In this document: positions 6,904-15,141 of the stretch, in pieces
How positions within the stretch are numbered: the first letter of the stretch is position 1
How the letters are laid out: each line of letters opens with the position of its first letter
The notes under the pieces: generated by a model
What the model was told of the DNA's origin: nothing
The model's input: only the letters and a program-made list of their open reading frames with translations
The model's database searches: none
Source: an uncultured virus (IMG/VR IMGVR_UViG_3300009376_001605)
Taxonomy: Duplodnaviria > Heunggongvirae > Uroviricota > Caudoviricetes
Strand: one strand, 5' to 3'
Length of the DNA stretch: 20,000 bases
IMG/VR virus record: IMGVR_UViG_3300009376_001605
Translations under genes and position numbers: made by a program

Positions 6904-8835
6904 TTAACCATCTCTCCAGAGATTATTGGCCGCAAATTTAATTACTTCTTCTGCAGAATCTTCATTGTAGCCGTAGTCTTCGATAAGCGTAGACACCATA
7001 TCACCGTATTTCTTTTGCTGTTTATTATCGCGGGATTTTGACTTTGTAACAATTCTGGACATATCTTTTACAGATGACATCAGTTTATTCTCAATGGCTT
7101 CCTTGAGAGGGCCATAAGCTTTCCAGTCAATCTTCTTTTTAGCGCGAAGAAGAGTAAACATGTAAGTAGTAACATCAGATCTAAATCCGTCTCTAGCAGA
7201 GCCTGTAATGCCAATATTTTCCTCGATGGATTTCATGAAGTTTTCATCTGGCTCCATCTCTTCACGTGTCACCTTATCTTTTACTCTTGACTTATTAACA
7301 TAAGCCTCGGCATGATCAAGGTAGTTATCAAAAAGGGCCTCTGCTTGTTCTTCGTAAGCACTTACAAAAGCCTTGGTAATCTCCTTCTCCAAGATCCTTA
7401 AGTATTCTTCATGAAGATCTTTTTGAAGGTATTGGAGATAGCGCTCTCTAGCTTCCTCATCGATAATCTGTTCTTTGACTTGCTTGATAAGGGAATCTCT
7501 AACTGAAATTGGGGTAACCATATTTCTATCAGAATCAGAAAGCGCTGAATCGATCGCTTTGGTGATGAAGCGTGTTGAGATACCGGTCATACCTTCATCG
7601 CGGGATTCCTCACGAAGATCTTTGATGTCGACCTTCTTGACTCTTCCCTTTTCGATGATGTCCTCCCCGTTATAAATCTTCATCTTAACCAAAGGATCAA
7701 CTTTACCAGAAGGTTTTAATCGAGACATAACTGCAAACATCGATGCAACCTCAAGTGTGTGTGGTGCAATGTGGGCATCGAAATCAGACATCTTCAACAT
7801 CTTCTGGTAAATCTTTACCTCCTCGTCAAGTTCTAGGCAGTACGGGACATTAACCTTGACGATTCGATCAAGTATAGCTTCATTTGTGTGTGTGGATTTA
7901 AATCGGTTCCATTCCGCTTCGTTGCAGTGTGCAAGGATGACACCGTCAAAGTAAATCATGGCACCTTTACCAGGAGAGGGAACTGCCTTCTCCTGTGTTG
8001 CCGTGATCATTGTGTGTAGAAATTCAATCTCATTCTTAAAGACCTCTACGAACTCAACGATACCTCTGTTACCAACATTAAAGGCCCCGTTCAAGGAAAG
8101 CACTCTGGGATCATCCTCGGGATACAGATCCAACTTCGAGATGTCCTCTGAGCCTATAAGAATTGAAGTATCTTGAGTGTTGGCATCGACAGGGGGTACA
8201 ACACCTACACCTCTTCTACCTCTAATTGAGAAAGAGGATTGTTTTACAGGAAAATTCTCATATTTCCCACCAAACTCTTCTAAAAGTCGGTGTCGACATA
8301 CAGGGCAAAGATCGCCTTCTATTTTAATGCCGAGCATTTCCTCAAACTTGCTGCGGAGAGAGCGAGGTACGAGATGTAGAGGTTCTTCTCTGATTGGGCA
8401 GCCATCTAAATGATAGATATGCTCTGCTCTTTCTAGGCCTCTTTTAATGTGTTCGATCAGGGCAGATTTTCCGGCGCCGACCGGGCCTAGGAGTAGAAGT
8501 ACTTGTCGACTTTCCTCACCCTTCATAGCAGCAGAACTGAGGAATCTCATCACTTTTGCTAGAGATCTTTCCATGCCGAAGAAATGCGGTTGGAAATAGT
8601 TGTAAGTCTTTGTCTTTTCACTATCAAATAGGCGGCGGCATCTCTCATCTGTTTCATCTAGTACTTCAATACCGTCTTCTGCAAGAACATCAAAAAGTCT
8701 TCTATGAGCCAAGGCTGCAATCTTTGGATTTTTCTCAACAACTTCCAGATATTCTAGAAAAGTACCCTTAAAGGATACATCCTTCTTTTCAGATCTCTGC
8801 TGGCTAATTAAATCAGCAAATTTAGATTTAGTCAT
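6904..8835 (-). CDS. prkA: PrkA/YeaG family AAA+ ATPase (serine kinase/protease)
   Basis: LLLLGPVGAGKS Walker A, CPIREEPL, GNRGIVEFVEVFKN, NEAILDRI..VNVPYCL, EGMTGISTRF. Typical length of 643 aa. Confidence 0.95.
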   Translation of the reverse strand: MTKSKFADLISQQRSEKKDVSFKGTFLEYLEVVEKNPKIAALAHRRLFDVLAEDGIEVLDETDERCRRLFDSEKTKTYNYFQPHFFGMERSLAKVMRFLSSAAMKGEESRQVLLLLGPVGAGKSALIEHIKRGLERAEHIYHLDGCPIREEPLHLVPRSLRSKFEEMLGIKIEGDLCPVCRHRLLEEFGGKYENFPVKQSSFSIRGRRGVGVVPPVDANTQDTSILIGSEDISKLDLYPEDDPRVLSLNGAFNVGNRGIVEFVEVFKNEIEFLHTMITATQEKAVPSPGKGAMIYFDGVILAHCNEAEWNRFKSTHTNEAILDRIVKVNVPYCLELDEEVKIYQKMLKMSDFDAHIAPHTLEVASMFAVMSRLKPSGKVDPLVKMKIYNGEDIIEKGRVKKVDIKDLREESRDEGMTGISTRFITKAIDSALSDSDRNMVTPISVRDSLIKQVKEQIIDEEARERYLQYLQKDLHEEYLRILEKEITKAFVSAYEEQAEALFDNYLDHAEAYVNKSRVKDKVTREEMEPDENFMKSIEENIGITGSARDGFRSDVTTYMFTLLRAKKKIDWKAYGPLKEAIENKLMSSVKDMSRIVTKSKSRDNKQQKKYGDMVSTLIEDYGYNEDSAEEVIKFAANNLWRDG

Positions 8836-8843
8836 TCTTGATG

Positions 8844-8880
8844 CTCCACACTTTCAATAATACACACTAATATGTAGGAG
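8844..8880 (-). promoter_or_regulatory. SD-sequestering inverted repeat upstream of prkA with TATTAT in the loop
   Basis: CTCC(T)ACA...TGTGGAG arms, 22-nt spacer. Confidence 0.45.
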
Positions 8881-8881
8881 T

Positions 8882-10189
8882 TTAAATCTCGAAAGGCTCA
8901 TCTTCGATAACAGTAAAGAATTTAAAGTCATCGCCCCACAGGTCTAAAAGATGATCACATACATTGTGTGCGTAATCTAGATCTAGATCCCTACCATCAT
9001 GCTCGTGTTCTAAAACCAGCGTTTGATCCTTTTGAAGCTCCTTGACATAAATATTTGGCAAAGAGTTAAGGCCTACATTTTTTATGAGATCGGATCTAAT
9101 CTGTTTCCAGCCATCTTGATCCGATATATCGTCTATCGTCCATTCTTTTTTCTTTTTAGAGTAAGAGAAAAGATTAAGTTCTTCACATATTTCTTTGTTG
9201 AGATATGACCTGATAAAAGATTCGTCATTATGAGAAGACCTTGCTATAAAACATTCCTCTAGCCCTTTATTTTTCTCAATCCATTTAAAAATTGTGAATC
9301 CTAGATGATAGGGATTAATTCTTCCTACCATTGGCCGGAGAACCTGATTATGAAATTTAAGAAAAGACAAGTGAAACTCTTGCGGGAGATCAAGCTCTGA
9401 CATTATTTTATAGTGCCAAAATGATGCCCATCCTTCATTCATTATTTTTGTCATTGCCTGCGGCATAAAGTACATTGATTCTTGACGAACAATATCAATA
9501 ATATCTCTTTCCCAGTCCTCTAAATTTCTAGAATGTTTTCCTATAAATCCAAGAATATCATAGTCAGGCTCTAATGGGATCTTATTGATATCAAAATCTT
9601 CTGGGAGTTTCTCAGGTTTAAAGTTAGCAATATCAACATAGGCTTGCTTTATTTCTTGATGAGATTTTCGACTAATTCCAAACTCGCGATAGTTATGATA
9701 CTTTAAAGCATGACATGCATCTATTACTTTTTCAACAGCTTCAACACCGATGTGAGGATTGTCAGAATATTTCTTGATCCTCTTTGCAGAATTACGAAAC
9801 CTTGATATCACATTAGCTGCATCGGTATGCTTAAACATCCGATTATTTTTGAAGAAGTCGGAGTGACCAACGCAGTGTGCCATGATAAGAACTTGCAAAG
9901 GAAGAGGGTTCTCAGTCATCAAATACGATATCGAGGGATCGCTATTGATGATCATCTCGTAGGGTAATCCCTCCATGCCGAGGTTATACATGGTGTGTGT
10001 TCGTTCAAAGGACTTGCCGTACGACCAATGCTGGTAGTGAGTGGGCATTCCAATGTATGACATGTAACCGATCATATCATGATAGTCGCAAACTTCGTAG
10101 TCAATTGGATACCAGTCAAGGTTATATTTCTTGGCTAGCTTAACAATTTTTTCGTCCCATGCATGGAGTTCTTCAAATGTCCATCCCAT
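8882..10189 (-). CDS. spoVR: SpoVR/YcgB family protein
   Basis: GMPTHYQHWSYGKSF, LPYEMIINSDP, AHCVGHSDFFKNN, TKIMNEGWASFWH, NPYHLGF, HDGRDLD. Confidence 0.95.
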   Translation of the reverse strand: MGWTFEELHAWDEKIVKLAKKYNLDWYPIDYEVCDYHDMIGYMSYIGMPTHYQHWSYGKSFERTHTMYNLGMEGLPYEMIINSDPSISYLMTENPLPLQVLIMAHCVGHSDFFKNNRMFKHTDAANVISRFRNSAKRIKKYSDNPHIGVEAVEKVIDACHALKYHNYREFGISRKSHQEIKQAYVDIANFKPEKLPEDFDINKIPLEPDYDILGFIGKHSRNLEDWERDIIDIVRQESMYFMPQAMTKIMNEGWASFWHYKIMSELDLPQEFHLSFLKFHNQVLRPMVGRINPYHLGFTIFKWIEKNKGLEECFIARSSHNDESFIRSYLNKEICEELNLFSYSKKKKEWTIDDISDQDGWKQIRSDLIKNVGLNSLPNIYVKELQKDQTLVLEHEHDGRDLDLDYAHNVCDHLLDLWGDDFKFFTVIEDEPFEI

Positions 10190-11358
10190 TATTCTGATCT
10201 CCCACCAAAAAGCTTCTTAAATGAAGGCCAGATATCTTTAGCATTAACCATCTTTAAAGTCTTAAAAGCTTTGTCTACAAGTGGTTGATAAATTTCCCAC
10301 ATTCTAGAATTATTATTCTGGCGCCACTGTGATGACTCACCGTTAGGATCTATTTCACAAAAAGCGTAAAGCTGTGATATTGACTTAAGTTTCTTAGAAG
10401 CATTGAAAGCTTTTTCCTCATCTTCTGACCAGTTATCCCCATCTGAACAATGAAAAGAGTATATATTCCAATTGCTGGGGTGATATCTTTTCTCAACGAC
10501 CTCGAGTGTAAGATCAAGTGCAGGTGAGATAAATGTTCCACCGGATGGTGCTAGACTGAAGAAATCATTCTCACTGACTTCTTTTGCCGTGGTTGTATGA
10601 GCAATAAATACAACTTCAACATTATCATATTTGTGTCGCAAAAACTGGTAGAGAAGAAAGAAGAAGCTCCGGGCAATGTACTTCTTTTCAGTACTCATTG
10701 AACCTGAGATATCCATAATGAAAAATATTGCTGCAGATGAGATCTCTGTTTCTTTTACTTTGAAATGCTTGTATCGAAGATCATCTTCATGAAAAGGAAA
10801 TCTTTCATCTTCTTCTTCGTTAAAGGTCCCAGCTTTTTGAGACATTTTCTTTCGACGAATCTTCTGTTTAAGAGTCTCTTTCTTAGAGAGGCGCGGCCTA
10901 ATACCTTTAGGCCGAACACCTTTTCTTCTAAAAGTGTCGGACGACAGAAACTTAAATTTCTTCTTATCTAGATCAGGAAGCTCAAGATCACTAAAGAGGT
11001 ATTCTGCAAGCTCCTCTAATGTAATCTCTACGTCGTAGAACTCCTCACCTGGTTTATCCCCAGGCTTGTTACCTGATTTCTTGCCTTCCTTATCCTCAGC
11101 AATCTTTTGACCTCTGTGAATATCTTTGCCCGGTGCGGAACCAACCTTTTTAGAGTTGTCACCGTAGATAAATTGGTATTCTTTTATGCCCTTTACAGGA
11201 ATCCGAACTTTTTTCTTACCATCTTGGCCAATAATGGACTCTTCGGCAACGATATTTCGAATACCTTCTTTTAAAGCTTTTTCAATTTTTTGCTTATGGC
11301 GCGATCGATCGGTGGCTGATCGATCTGCTATAGATTTGTGTTTTCTAAAAGTACTCAT
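10189..11358 (-). CDS. yhbH: YeaH/YhbH (DUF444) VWA-like protein
   Basis: DRSRH, PFHEDDLRY, MDISGSM (MIDAS DxSxS), FIAHTT.AKEV.E..FF...SGGT.IS, HCSDGDNW. Coupled to spoVR by a TAATG overlap. Confidence 0.93.
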   Translation of the reverse strand: MSTFRKHKSIADRSATDRSRHKQKIEKALKEGIRNIVAEESIIGQDGKKKVRIPVKGIKEYQFIYGDNSKKVGSAPGKDIHRGQKIAEDKEGKKSGNKPGDKPGEEFYDVEITLEELAEYLFSDLELPDLDKKKFKFLSSDTFRRKGVRPKGIRPRLSKKETLKQKIRRKKMSQKAGTFNEEEDERFPFHEDDLRYKHFKVKETEISSAAIFFIMDISGSMSTEKKYIARSFFFLLYQFLRHKYDNVEVVFIAHTTTAKEVSENDFFSLAPSGGTFISPALDLTLEVVEKRYHPSNWNIYSFHCSDGDNWSEDEEKAFNASKKLKSISQLYAFCEIDPNGESSQWRQNNNSRMWEIYQPLVDKAFKTLKMVNAKDIWPSFKKLFGGRSE

Positions 11359-11364
11359 GGTCGC

Positions 11365-11820
11365 TTAAGGTAATAATACCCCAAAAAGCGCTTGAATTAT
11401 AAGGATGGCGAGTGTCGAACCGAAAAGCCATTGCAATTTACTAAGATTGGACTGCCATATTTTGAGCCTATCTAGCTCTAAGTTATGAAGATCAATAGTT
11501 TTTACCTTGTCTTCAACATCTCTTTTCCATGAGAGGAGATCGTCAAATTCATCCATCTTATGCTGGGCTTCTTGGACAAATAGCCAACGCCTCTGAGATT
11601 CTGCCTCTAAGTCTCTTACACGGGATCGAACCCCACTCTCCGGATCATTAATGGTGTTATTCATAGCTTCTAAGGATTCTTTGACTTCGCCGAGCTGATC
11701 ATTAGTATGCTGAACGTCTTGAACCAGTTTTTCAAAGCCACCATTAAGAACGTGTGAAGAACTAAGCAGGGACTCGATCTGAGACAACTTATTCAGTATA
11801 GCTGTGGGTAGCTCTGGCAT
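11365..11820 (-). CDS. Coiled-coil protein with C-terminal transmembrane anchor
   Basis: Heptad-like helix, hydrophobic tail WLFGSTLAILIIQALFGVLLP, strong GAGGAG SD. Confidence 0.75.
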   Translation of the reverse strand: MPELPTAILNKLSQIESLLSSSHVLNGGFEKLVQDVQHTNDQLGEVKESLEAMNNTINDPESGVRSRVRDLEAESQRRWLFVQEAQHKMDEFDDLLSWKRDVEDKVKTIDLHNLELDRLKIWQSNLSKLQWLFGSTLAILIIQALFGVLLP

Positions 11821-11830
11821 TTTATTCTCC

Positions 11831-11866
11831 TCACAAATGTAAATATAAGCCGCTGGTGCTTTGTGA
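11831..11866 (-). promoter_or_regulatory. Inverted repeat abutting the SD with ATATTTA in the loop
   Basis: TCACAAA...TTTGTGA(GGAG), 22-nt spacer. Confidence 0.5.
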
Positions 11867-11894
11867 TGCTTAAACCAGGTGACAGACTAGGTTT

Positions 11895-11922
11895 AAAAAC
11901 TTCTTACAGGAAAAGAGAAGTT
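11895..11922 (-). terminator. Possible weak intrinsic terminator after the 80-aa gene
   Basis: AACTTCT...AGAAGTT stem followed by a T-run on the minus strand. The stem is AT-rich, so it would be weak. Confidence 0.3.
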
Positions 11923-11933
11923 ATAATTTTTAG

Positions 11934-12176
11934 CTAAAAAAATCTTAGTAAAATATCGATAAAAAGTAGAACAGGTACGCACCAGACTAGAAGAGAAGTA
12001 TTTTTCTTTAGGGACTTTTGATTCTCACGCAGAAATTCAATCTCTCTATTTATCTTATCGATATCTTTTCCCATGACGGGCATATCATCGTTAGTTAAGA
12101 CCTCATTGATCTTAAGTTTAATGTAGGCAAGTTCTTTTGCCATAGTTTGGGGATTGAATCTTCTACGTTCAGTCAT
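11934..12176 (-). CDS. Small coiled-coil protein with C-terminal transmembrane anchor
   Basis: IDKINREIEFLRENQKSL followed by LLVWCVPVLLFIDILL. GGAGAAGG SD; overlaps the upstream stop. Confidence 0.7.
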   Translation of the reverse strand: MTERRRFNPQTMAKELAYIKLKINEVLTNDDMPVMGKDIDKINREIEFLRENQKSLKKNTSLLVWCVPVLLFIDILLRFF

Positions 12177-12465
12177 TACCTTCTCCGCATTCCTTGCAAA
12201 CTAAAGACATTGCACCCTCTGATATCGTGAGATTCCAATCATCTAGATGGTCATCGCTTGAAGGATCAAATTGCTTACTACAAGATGTGCAAGATTTAGG
12301 CATGTTAGAGATAAAATTCTCTACTTTTTCTAATTGTCTAGACATCTCTTTTTGAAAGATCTTCTCAGATTCTTTCTTCTTATTAATTCTCTGATATCTC
12401 TGTTTATCTTTTCTCTTTTTCTTAAGAGCTTTAGATTGTTTTTTGTGAGATGGTATCTTGCTCAA
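12169..12465 (-). CDS. Basic Zn-ribbon protein (CTSC...CKEC)
   Basis: Lys-rich N-terminus and two CxxC motifs. TTG start after AGAGAG. Confidence 0.7.
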   Translation of the reverse strand: MSKIPSHKKQSKALKKKRKDKQRYQRINKKKESEKIFQKEMSRQLEKVENFISNMPKSCTSCSKQFDPSSDDHLDDWNLTISEGAMSLVCKECGEGND

Positions 12466-12471
12466 GGCTCA

Positions 12472-12508
12472 TTCTCTCTTATTTTATAATTACAGAGAAA
12501 AGAGAGAA
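12472..12508 (-). promoter_or_regulatory. 9-bp inverted repeat covering the SD, with TAATTATAAAAT in the loop
   Basis: TTCTCTCTT...AAGAGAGAA, 19-nt spacer. Confidence 0.55.
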
Positions 12509-12520
12509 CGTATAATTTTT

Positions 12521-12880
12521 TTATCTAAATCCAGGGCCAAATATGCCCTTAGAGAATCCTGGTCCATCAACTGCAGTAGGTTTCTTTTGCTCCATGTAAG
12601 CATCGTCACCCATCAGTCTTTCACCTCGAGGAATTTCACCAGAAGTTGCAGGATTAGGGATATCTTGACGCATACCCGCTTCTTTCTCATGAGCCCTGGG
12701 TTCAACATGCTGCAGCATTCTTTGAAGAAGAGCTCTGGCCTTGATTGGGCAATCACCAGCAGCGACCATTACTGCAGACATTAAATCTTCATGACCTTGA
12801 TCATGTGTGTCATGTTGGCGGTGCATATCGCACATCTCTTGGAGGATAATCTTCCTCAGTTGTGTCGCATTGATCTTCAT
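12521..12880 (-). CDS. Hypothetical protein with MKINATQLRKIILQE leader (putative virion protein)
   Basis: TAATG coupling to the upstream gene; shared N-terminal motif. Confidence 0.7.
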   Translation of the reverse strand: MKINATQLRKIILQEMCDMHRQHDTHDQGHEDLMSAVMVAAGDCPIKARALLQRMLQHVEPRAHEKEAGMRQDIPNPATSGEIPRGERLMGDDAYMEQKKPTAVDGPGFSKGIFGPGFR

Positions 12881-15141
12881 TACTTCTTCTCCGTAATATT
12901 AACTCTCACCCGCGGCGAGGAGCTTTTAACTTTAATACTTATAGGTTTTCCAGTGTTAAAGATTTCAAAAAGGGAATCATCAATCCCAGATAGATCTCCT
13001 AAAGAGCTATCCTGTGTGCCCGGATCGCTTGGTGTTCCCTGTGTTGGTGTTTTAGCTTTAGGATCAATCTTAGGCCTAGGTTTCTGACCCCTCTTTGCCT
13101 TTTCTTTTCCTACACCGAAATCCACCCCTAGCCCTCGAACCTTTTCGAGAGCATCATCAGAAGTTTGCTGGATTTTATCAAGAGCGCTTCCTGCTTCCCG
13201 ATGTTCATCATTAGCTATCTTTCGATCTTCAGGAGAAAGATCAGCAATATTTTCAACATCACCATAATAATTCTCTACCAAATCCCAGACACTATCAGGA
13301 ATTAATGGAATACCAACATTTTGGTGAAAGGAATATATTTCCGCTGGAGAAGCCCCGGACTTATCCTCAACAATCTTTAAATAATTTTTATGAGTTTCTT
13401 TGACAGCATATCGAAGTTGCTGTAGAGACATATCCACATTCCATTTTGGCATGACCTCATTATGTTTTTTATAAAAATCCGTTAGGCTATGGAGGTACTC
13501 AATTAGAAGTTTTCGAGCATCAGCACCCTCCGGAGGATTCATGACAAATTCATAGTTTTTTCTCTCTTCCTCGAGGCTGTCTGACAAGATGTACGTTATA
13601 ATCCAGAAAGTCATCATCGCGTAGTAGCTACCCTGTATCACTAGAAATAGCTTTGCAGCACTTCTTGATGCACCTAACCCATAAGATCTGGACACTTTTC
13701 CTGATGATCGTAGGATCGAGGTCAACCCAGCCGCGAACATCTTTGTCCCACCAAACCCGCCAAAGAAATCAACACCGGCCATAGCTTTCTTCCAGGCAGG
13801 TAGATCACTGAACTTGATTGCATCATCTGCCCAGGGTACCATCCATAATTTAAACTCTTGATTAAAAATATTCTTATACCCTTCCCAGGCCTCCTCCCTC
13901 CATTTAAGAAGAATATCAAATTTACGCCACCTGTCGTCTCCGGCCGCTTCCCATCGTTCTTGAAATCTTTTCCACGCTTGATAAAAAGTTCTGTTAGCAT
14001 TATTAAGGTTTTCCATAGCCTGTACCATCTCCCCGAGCTCGTCAGCTAGCTTGAGCACGTTCAGCTCTCCTCCTCCTGAGAGCCTGGACTGTCCCGACTT
14101 AGTGTATCTAATATCTGCTACTCTACCAGTTGCATAAACGGTTTCACCCTCTCCCAAGACAATGATCGCCGTTTGCCCATCTTGATTAATGACTACCCTT
14201 CCGGCCTCATCTACTAGAGGAAGATATAATTCTTCACCAGGCTTAATCTTGCCAGCATCTTCGGCTGCTTGAACTATCTTGTTTTCCATCTTGTTGAAGA
14301 TCTTCTTGGTCTGATCTGCGTTTAGAACCACCACATTGCCATCTTGTATTCTTTTAACAATTGTTTGAATTGCTTCCAAATAAGGAATCAAAACCTCGGC
14401 GGCCGCCGGGTCCGATGCAATTGTCGTTCTGATACTAAGCACCTTCTTTTCATAGAACTCTCTCGCAGACGCATTATCGATGTTATTCTCCTCCAACCAC
14501 TTTAGATCCTCGGGGTGTAGGGAAGAGGTCTGGTCGGCAGCATCAGCACCTCTTCGGGTTGCCGCCCGGGTACCCGAACTTGCTTTTCCTCCGCTTTCTT
14601 TCCACGACTTCATTGAACGACGTCGTCCTGTTGCACCGATACCTGCAGATCCCTCAATAACTCCGTCTTTGTCGATTGCCATGTAAATTTTAATGGGGGT
14701 AGGGCCGCTAGGAATAGGCTTTCCAGAAGCATCAATTAGGCCTTCCGGGAAATCTACGCTTCCGTCAAAAGAGATCCGTGCAGCTCCTGTAGAAGTTCTT
14801 CCATCCCCGAGAGGGACAGCTTCTCCTCTTCTTAGTTGATCCACAACAGATGCAATAACTTCATTCATTTGTTTTTCAAGCTGTGGGTTAGAATCAAAAA
14901 TATTTCTAAAAATGACTTTACTGTCAAGTCCTGCCGCGGCCAATTTTCTAGGTAGTTCAAGATTATCGAGTACTCTTCTTGATCTACTAACCACGTCTGC
15001 AAAGTCGTCAAGTCTTACTAATTTACCAGCCGTAGAGAGGTGCTTCCAAAAGCTGCCTAATTGCCTTAGTACCTCGTTAAGTGGGTCTTTGCTTGTTTCT
15101 AGTTCTTCATTCAGCGAGCTAAGATTTAGTTTTATTTTCAT
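12880..15141 (-). CDS. Large hypothetical protein (753 aa) with internal TM segment; putative virion-internal protein
   Basis: Long ORF abutting its neighbours; leader MKIKLNLSSLNEE; hydrophobic segment LFLVIQGSYYAMMTFWIITYIL. Confidence 0.75.
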   Translation of the reverse strand: MKIKLNLSSLNEELETSKDPLNEVLRQLGSFWKHLSTAGKLVRLDDFADVVSRSRRVLDNLELPRKLAAAGLDSKVIFRNIFDSNPQLEKQMNEVIASVVDQLRRGEAVPLGDGRTSTGAARISFDGSVDFPEGLIDASGKPIPSGPTPIKIYMAIDKDGVIEGSAGIGATGRRRSMKSWKESGGKASSGTRAATRRGADAADQTSSLHPEDLKWLEENNIDNASAREFYEKKVLSIRTTIASDPAAAEVLIPYLEAIQTIVKRIQDGNVVVLNADQTKKIFNKMENKIVQAAEDAGKIKPGEELYLPLVDEAGRVVINQDGQTAIIVLGEGETVYATGRVADIRYTKSGQSRLSGGGELNVLKLADELGEMVQAMENLNNANRTFYQAWKRFQERWEAAGDDRWRKFDILLKWREEAWEGYKNIFNQEFKLWMVPWADDAIKFSDLPAWKKAMAGVDFFGGFGGTKMFAAGLTSILRSSGKVSRSYGLGASRSAAKLFLVIQGSYYAMMTFWIITYILSDSLEEERKNYEFVMNPPEGADARKLLIEYLHSLTDFYKKHNEVMPKWNVDMSLQQLRYAVKETHKNYLKIVEDKSGASPAEIYSFHQNVGIPLIPDSVWDLVENYYGDVENIADLSPEDRKIANDEHREAGSALDKIQQTSDDALEKVRGLGVDFGVGKEKAKRGQKPRPKIDPKAKTPTQGTPSDPGTQDSSLGDLSGIDDSLFEIFNTGKPISIKVKSSSPRVRVNITEKK

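Noticed and set aside
8882..11358. spoVR/yhbH as evidence for a sporulating Firmicute host
   Set aside because: The PrkA-YeaH-SpoVR trio is widespread in non-sporulating bacteria and archaea.
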